A stretch of DNA of 47,294 bases. It comes from Spongiibacteraceae bacterium (GTDB taxonomy: Bacteria; Pseudomonadota; Gammaproteobacteria; Pseudomonadales; Spongiibacteraceae). This document shows positions 42,994 through 47,294 of this stretch, piece after piece (positions within the stretch are counted from its first letter, which is position 1; each line of letters begins with the position of its first letter). The notes beneath the pieces are model-generated. The model worked only from the letters and a program-made list of their open reading frames with translations. It was not told where the DNA came from and did not search any database. The stretch covers positions 1-47,294 of the forward strand of contig JBFHRT010000001.1 in NCBI GenBank assembly GCA_041591575.1, read 5' to 3'. Made by a program: the position numbers and the translations under genes.

Positions 42994-44418
42994 TCAGAAA
43001 TTCAGGGCCTTCAACTCCAGAAACTCGTCCAGCCCCGCCCGCCCCAGCTCGCGGCCATTGCCGGACTGCTTGTAACCGCCAAAGGGCGCGGCGAAGTTGA
43101 ACTGACCGCCGTTGATGGCCACCTGCCCGGTGCGCAGTTGCAGCGCCACTTTTTTCGCGCGCTCGCTATCCGCCGACCACACACCGCCGGAGAGACCGTA
43201 GTCGCTGTCATTGGCCTCGGCGATGGCCTGCTCCTCGCTGTCGTAGGGGAGGATGGCCAGTACCGGGCCGAAGATCTCCTCGCGGGCGATGAGCATGTCG
43301 TTGCGCACATCACTGAAGATCGTGGGCTGCACGTAGGCGCCCCGCTCCAGCCCCGGCGGCGGCTCTACGCCGCCGCAGACCAGGGTGGCCCCCTCGTCGA
43401 TGCCGAGCTGGATATAACCGAGTACGGTGTTTTTCTGTGCCTGAGATACCAGCGGCCCCATAAAGGTATTGGGGCTGCGCGGGTCGCCCACCACCACCGC
43501 GGCGGCGGTCTCGCGGGCGATGGCCACTGCCTGCGCCTGCTGCTCGCGCGGCACGAACACGCGGCTGAGGGCGGCACAGGTCTGGCCGCTGTTGGCCATC
43601 ATCGCCATCACCGCCGCCGGCACTGCCTGCGCCAGCGGGCAGTCGTCCAGCAGAATTAGCGCCGACTTGCCACCCAACTCCTGGGACACGCGCTTGATGG
43701 TGGGCGCCGCCAGCTCGGCTATGCGCGCGCCGGAGGCGGTGGAGCCGGTGATGGATACCATGTCGACTTGCGGGTGGGCCGCCAACACCTCGCCCACGCT
43801 GCGCCCGGCACCGCTGACCAGGTTGAACACCCCGGCGGGCAGTTCGGCGGCCTCGGCCAGCTCGGCGAACAGGAAGGCGTTGAGCGGGGTCTCAGAACTG
43901 GGCTTGAGCACCGCGGTGCAACCGGCGATCAGCGCCGGCGCCAGCTTGACGGCAATCTGGTGCAGCGGATAGTTCCAGGGGGTGATGAAACTACACACCC
44001 CCACCGGCTCGCGGTGAATCTCCGAGTTGCCCACCGTTTCCGACTCCTCAGCGGCATAGGCGCGGCCCACCTCAACGTAACTGGCCAGATCGCCCAGTCC
44101 CAGCCCCACCTGCACCTCGCTGGCAAAGCCGGCGGGCGCGCCCAGCTCCAGGCGGATCACCTCGGCAAATTCGGCGGCGCGCTCACCCATCAGCGCCAGC
44201 AGCTTTTCCACATAGGCCAGGCGCTCGCTCACCGGCCGCGCCGCCCAGGCGGGAAAGGCCTCCCGCGCCGCCAGTATCGCGCGCTCGGCGTCCTGAGCAC
44301 TGCCTGCCGGCACCTTGCCGATGTTCTCGCCGTCGGCGGGATTGATCACGTCGATGGCGCCAGTGGTTTGCAGCACCTGCCACTGGCCTCCGATATAGAA
44401 CTTGTCATAGATACGCAT
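42994..44418 (-). CDS. NAD(P)-dependent aldehyde dehydrogenase
   Basis: 474 aa. The ALDH motifs are present as ITGSTASG, QELGGKSA and SGQTCAALSR. Confidence 0.92.
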   Translation of the reverse strand: MRIYDKFYIGGQWQVLQTTGAIDVINPADGENIGKVPAGSAQDAERAILAAREAFPAWAARPVSERLAYVEKLLALMGERAAEFAEVIRLELGAPAGFASEVQVGLGLGDLASYVEVGRAYAAEESETVGNSEIHREPVGVCSFITPWNYPLHQIAVKLAPALIAGCTAVLKPSSETPLNAFLFAELAEAAELPAGVFNLVSGAGRSVGEVLAAHPQVDMVSITGSTASGARIAELAAPTIKRVSQELGGKSALILLDDCPLAQAVPAAVMAMMANSGQTCAALSRVFVPREQQAQAVAIARETAAAVVVGDPRSPNTFMGPLVSQAQKNTVLGYIQLGIDEGATLVCGGVEPPPGLERGAYVQPTIFSDVRNDMLIAREEIFGPVLAILPYDSEEQAIAEANDSDYGLSGGVWSADSERAKKVALQLRTGQVAINGGQFNFAAPFGGYKQSGNGRELGRAGLDEFLELKALNF

Positions 44419-44429
44419 GGGAATCCCCG

Positions 44430-45524
44430 TCAGTGTGTGAGGCTGTTGTAGCGCTGGAGGTGTTCATCACTGGAGCCGAACAGCTGGCTCAGCACGGTGA
44501 GGCGCTTGAAGTAGTGGCCGACGCTGAGCTCGTCGGTCATGGCGATACCACCGTGCAGTTGTATCGCCGACTGGCCGACGAAGCGCGCGGCGTCGTCGAC
44601 CTTAACCTTGAGGGCTGCGATATAGCGACGCGCATCGGCCGCCCCAGACTGCAGCTTGGCGGCGCAGACCGGCAACAACGAGCGCGCCGACTCGCAGGCC
44701 AGATACATGTCCACCATACGGTGCTGCAACACCTGAAAGCGGCCAATGGGGCTCCCGAACTGCCGGCGCTCCTTGCAGTAATCCACCGTTGCCGTCAGCA
44801 ACGCGTCCATGGCACCCACGGCCTCGGCGCACACCACCAGCAGCGCCTCGTCCAGCACCACTGCCAGCACGCCTTCTGCCTCGGCCTCGCTCAGCAGGGC
44901 ATCGCGCCCCAGGTGCACATCGTCGAGCGCGATGTCGGCAGCGCTGCGGCCGTCGATGGTGGGGTATTCGCGGCGGCCGAGCCCGGGGCTGTCGGCGGGT
45001 ACGGCAAAAAGCGCAACCGCGGAATGCAGGCGTGCGCTGACAACCAGCAACTGCGCCGCCGGTGCGTTGTACACCACCGCCTTACTGCCGTTGAGCCGAT
45101 AGCCCTCCCCCTCGGGCTCGGCGCGAGTCTCGAGTCCCGCTGCCTCAAAGTGCGCCAGTGCCGCCTGCAACTCGCCGGCCATCAGCGGCGCCAGCCAGCG
45201 CCGACGCTGTTCGGCCGAGGCGGCGCGGCGCAGCGCGCCGCCGGCGAGCACGATGTTTTCCAGGTAGGGCTCGACCACCAGATGGCGACCGAAGGCCTCG
45301 AACAGCCCCGCCAGCTCCACCGCGCCACCGCCGAAGCCGCCGTCGGCCTCGGCAAAGGGCAGGCCCAGCCAGCCCAGCTCCGCGAAGTCGCGCCAGCACT
45401 CGGCGCTGAAGGGCGCCGCGTCGGCGACGTTGGCGCGGCGCTGCTCGAAGCTGTAGTGATCGCCTAGGTACCTGCCGATGCTGTCGTTGAGCAGCTGCTG
45501 CTCTTCGTTACTGTCAAAACTCAT
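44430..45524 (-). CDS. Acyl-CoA dehydrogenase family protein (364 aa; probable non-catalytic partner subunit)
   Basis: ATG at 45524 (AAGGAAACA upstream). ACAD N-, middle- and C-domain pattern, ..QLHGGIAMTDE. The position of the usual YEG catalytic Glu reads LFGSS. Confidence 0.85.
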   Translation of the reverse strand: MSFDSNEEQQLLNDSIGRYLGDHYSFEQRRANVADAAPFSAECWRDFAELGWLGLPFAEADGGFGGGAVELAGLFEAFGRHLVVEPYLENIVLAGGALRRAASAEQRRRWLAPLMAGELQAALAHFEAAGLETRAEPEGEGYRLNGSKAVVYNAPAAQLLVVSARLHSAVALFAVPADSPGLGRREYPTIDGRSAADIALDDVHLGRDALLSEAEAEGVLAVVLDEALLVVCAEAVGAMDALLTATVDYCKERRQFGSPIGRFQVLQHRMVDMYLACESARSLLPVCAAKLQSGAADARRYIAALKVKVDDAARFVGQSAIQLHGGIAMTDELSVGHYFKRLTVLSQLFGSSDEHLQRYNSLTH

Positions 45525-45579
45525 GGCTGTTTCCTTTGTCATTCAGAACACGGCTCACGCTATAGACCAGCGCCAACTT

Positions 45580-45680
45580 CTCGTCATCGCGAGGAGCGTT
45601 TTCAGCGACTTGGCGATCTCCCAGAGACACTGCCAACTTGGCGGAGATTGCCGCCTCGCTTTCGGCTCGTCGCAATGACG
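45580..45680 (-). repeat. REP/MITE-like element, copy M
   Basis: CTCGTCATCGCGAGGAGC..GCGACTTGGCGATCTCC..ACACTGCCAAC..GGAGATTGCCGCCTCGC..GGCTCGTCGCAATGACG. Lies between the two ACAD genes. Confidence 0.85.
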
Positions 45681-45761
45681 CGCCCTTGCTGATAAAAAAG
45701 GCCCCGCTGGAAGGGGCCAAGCGGGAGGTACTCCGTTGCCCGCGCCACAGCCGAGGTCCGC

Positions 45762-46967
45762 TTACAGCCCCAGCACCAGCTTGGCGATGATATTGCGCTG
45801 TACCTGGGCAGTGCCGCCGTAGATGGTGGAGGCGCGGTTGTTGAGATAGGCATTGGTCAATGCGATGCCGCTCTCCGGGCCGATGGGCTCGCCGACAAAG
45901 TCCGGCGCCAGCGCGGCGTTCTGCAGCGGCGCGCAGTAGCGGCCGCGCAATTCGATGCCCAGCTCATCCAGTTGCTGACCCAGCTCGGTGCCGATCAGCT
46001 TGGTCAGCGAGGACAGCGCGCCGGGGTTCTGCCCCGCCGCAGCCTGCGACTTGATGCGCTGTTCCATGGCCTGCAGCGCCAGGGCGTCGATCTCCAGCCG
46101 ACCCAGCCGCGCCGCGAACAACGGCTCATCGAGATAGCAACTACCGCCGGGCGAGGTGTACTCGGCGGCCAGCTTGCGCAGCCTGGCCAGCTGCTGGTTG
46201 ATGGGCACAAAGTAACTGAGGCCACCGCGCTCGAACTCCAGCAGGTACTTGGCCACCTCCCAGCCCTGGTTCTCGGTGCCAACCAGATTGGCCCGCGGCA
46301 CGCGCACATCGTCGAAAAATACCTCGCACTGCTCCACTTCGCCGTCGATGCCGACGATGGGCGACACGGTGATGCCCGGGGCATCCAGGTCGATGAGCAG
46401 GAAGCTGATGCCCGCCTGGGGCCGGGCCCCGGGATCGGTGCGCACCAGGCAGAAGATCTTGTTGGCGCGGTGGGCATAGCTGGTCCAGATCTTGGCGCCG
46501 TTGACGACATAGTCGTCGCCGTCGGCCACCGCCCGGGTCTGCAGCGAGGCCAGGTCGGAGCCGGCATTGGGTTCGGAATAGCCCTGGCACCACACGTCCT
46601 CGCCGGAGCGGATGCGCGGCAGCAGTTCCGCCTTCTGCTGCTCGCCGCCATAGCGGATCAGCATCGGCCCCAGCATCGCCAGCCCCATCGGCAGCAGTGC
46701 CGGCGCGCCGGCCATGCGGCACTCCTCCAGGAAAATATCGCGCTGATTTAGGGTCCAGCCGATGCCGCCGTACTCCTCGGGCCAGTCCGGGGTGATCCAG
46801 TTGTGCTCATAGAGAATTCGGTGCCAGGCCATCGCCGCATCGAAATCGGCGAAGATGCTGGTCATGCGCTGCCCTGCCCGGCGCAGAGTCGGGGTCAGGT
46901 GGGTGTCGAGAAACTGCCTGACGGTCTTGCGGAAGACATGGTCGGCATCGCCGGCGGATAGGTCCAT
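45762..46967 (-). CDS. Acyl-CoA dehydrogenase family protein (401 aa)
   Basis: ACAD pattern: W..PDWPEEYGG.GW, the CQGYSEPNAGSDLASL motif, and the C-terminal IYGGTAQVQRNIIA. Confidence 0.9.
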   Translation of the reverse strand: MDLSAGDADHVFRKTVRQFLDTHLTPTLRRAGQRMTSIFADFDAAMAWHRILYEHNWITPDWPEEYGGIGWTLNQRDIFLEECRMAGAPALLPMGLAMLGPMLIRYGGEQQKAELLPRIRSGEDVWCQGYSEPNAGSDLASLQTRAVADGDDYVVNGAKIWTSYAHRANKIFCLVRTDPGARPQAGISFLLIDLDAPGITVSPIVGIDGEVEQCEVFFDDVRVPRANLVGTENQGWEVAKYLLEFERGGLSYFVPINQQLARLRKLAAEYTSPGGSCYLDEPLFAARLGRLEIDALALQAMEQRIKSQAAAGQNPGALSSLTKLIGTELGQQLDELGIELRGRYCAPLQNAALAPDFVGEPIGPESGIALTNAYLNNRASTIYGGTAQVQRNIIAKLVLGL

Positions 46968-47029
46968 CGCTCACTGCCTCGTTTTTATTGGACTCGCCGT
47001 CCATTGACGGCGGGGCGCTCCCCCAACAT

Positions 47030-47051
47030 AAAAACAGACATGATTGTTTTT
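47030..47051. promoter_or_regulatory. AT-rich inverted-repeat operator candidate, site f
   Basis: AAAAACA-gacatgat-TGTTTTT, 63 nt upstream of the ACAD start (46967, minus strand). Confidence 0.6.
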
Positions 47052-47253
47052 GTAAAGACCAAGCACAGGCAGTTTTTGCCCCATCACGTGTATTAGCCGT
47101 GATGGGGGTTTCGTGGCGAGATATTGCCATCGACCGGGACTTCACCATCCGGCGCGCAATTGCCTTGAAACCTTGGCGGCCGCAACGAGAACCTACGCAA
47201 TAGGACGTGAGAAAGGTGATTCTGAATAAGGTTATGCGGGAAAGAGATGAAAA

Positions 47254-47294
47254 TGGTCGGAGTGAGAGGACTTGAACCTCCGACCCCCGCCTCC
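47254..47294 (-). tRNA. tRNA gene, 3-prime portion only (truncated by the window edge); class II, probably Leu or Tyr
   Basis: The reverse complement reads GGAGGCGGGGGTC-GGAGG-TTCAAGT-CCTCT-CACTCCG-A-CCA. That is a T-arm with a canonical TTCAAGT loop, a 7-nt acceptor 3-prime strand, discriminator A and an encoded CCA. The G-rich segment before the T-arm looks like a long variable arm. The anticodon lies outside the window. Confidence 0.7.

Noticed and set aside
5678-45680. Whether the recurring ~100-bp elements could be a CRISPR array or arrays.
   Set aside because: The copies are dispersed singly or in pairs across 40 kb between genes and occur in both orientations. They are about 100 bp long with internal nested dyad symmetry and are not separated by uniform-length unique spacers. 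No cas genes are present.
47079-47107. A perfect 10-bp hairpin, CCCCATCACG-tgtattagc-CGTGATGGGG, between operator site f and the tRNA gene, considered as the tRNA terminator.
   Set aside because: On the tRNA (minus) strand the hairpin is followed by CAAAAAC, not a U-run. On the plus strand the T-run precedes the stem. The hairpin is real, but calling it an intrinsic terminator is not supported.
9251-47294. The catabolic cluster as a tRNA-integrated genomic island, since the 3-prime end of a tRNA gene faces the cluster at 47254.
   Set aside because: No integrase, excisionase or transposase gene is present, and I could not find a direct repeat of the tRNA 3-prime end. The G+C and codon style of the cluster match the left-hand housekeeping-like genes. 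Only the TPR gene looks compositionally foreign. Proximity to the tRNA alone is insufficient.
1-47294. A search for defence, toxin-antitoxin, phage or secretion-system genes as the possible novel system.
   Set aside because: No ORF shows nuclease, helicase, ATPase (Walker-type large NTPase), methyltransferase, reverse-transcriptase, integrase, capsid or toxin-antitoxin-like features. Every ORF supported by motifs or context is metabolic, transport, regulatory or envelope-associated.

Overview
This is a 47.3-kb, high-G+C, almost fully coding chromosomal segment with proteobacterial features such as a TonB-dependent receptor and lipoboxes. Spot counts of 60-nt lines give about 60-70% G+C. The left ~6 kb carries small housekeeping-like genes (PPOX-like, SnoaL-like, DUF962, phhB). 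It also carries a three-gene operon: an M19-dipeptidase-like lipoprotein, a Cys-less His-rich cupredoxin-like protein, and a polytopic membrane protein. The remaining ~41 kb is one dense catabolic supercluster. It encodes a TonB-dependent receptor, a TetR regulator, a carotenoid-cleavage-oxygenase-family enzyme, a CrtI-like FAD oxidoreductase, an enone reductase, a P450, two Rieske oxygenase alpha subunits and an LLM oxidoreductase. It also encodes ABM and SnoaL proteins, four SDRs, an ADH, a GST, two ALDHs, an acyl-CoA ligase, a thiolase with its DUF35 partner, an Aco-type E1alpha/E1beta/E2/E3 complex, two acyl-CoA dehydrogenases and two paralogous di-haem CCP/MauG-like lipoproteins. Three non-coding patterns stand out. 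First, an AT-rich inverted repeat (AAAAACA-N8-TGTTTTT) occurs eight times, always 40-80 nt upstream of the first gene of a transcription unit, which suggests one regulon. Second, a ~100-bp nested-hairpin REP/MITE-like element (termini CGTCATTGCGAGGAGC / GCTCCTCGCAATGACG) occurs in about 19 full or partial copies and fills nearly every longer intergenic gap. Third, a lower-G+C DUF4034/TPR gene is bracketed by two copies of that element that share a private insertion. The window ends inside a tRNA gene. I saw no CRISPR array, transposase, integrase, phage gene or recognisable defence gene. All family calls come from reading motifs in the translated ORFs; no database search was possible.
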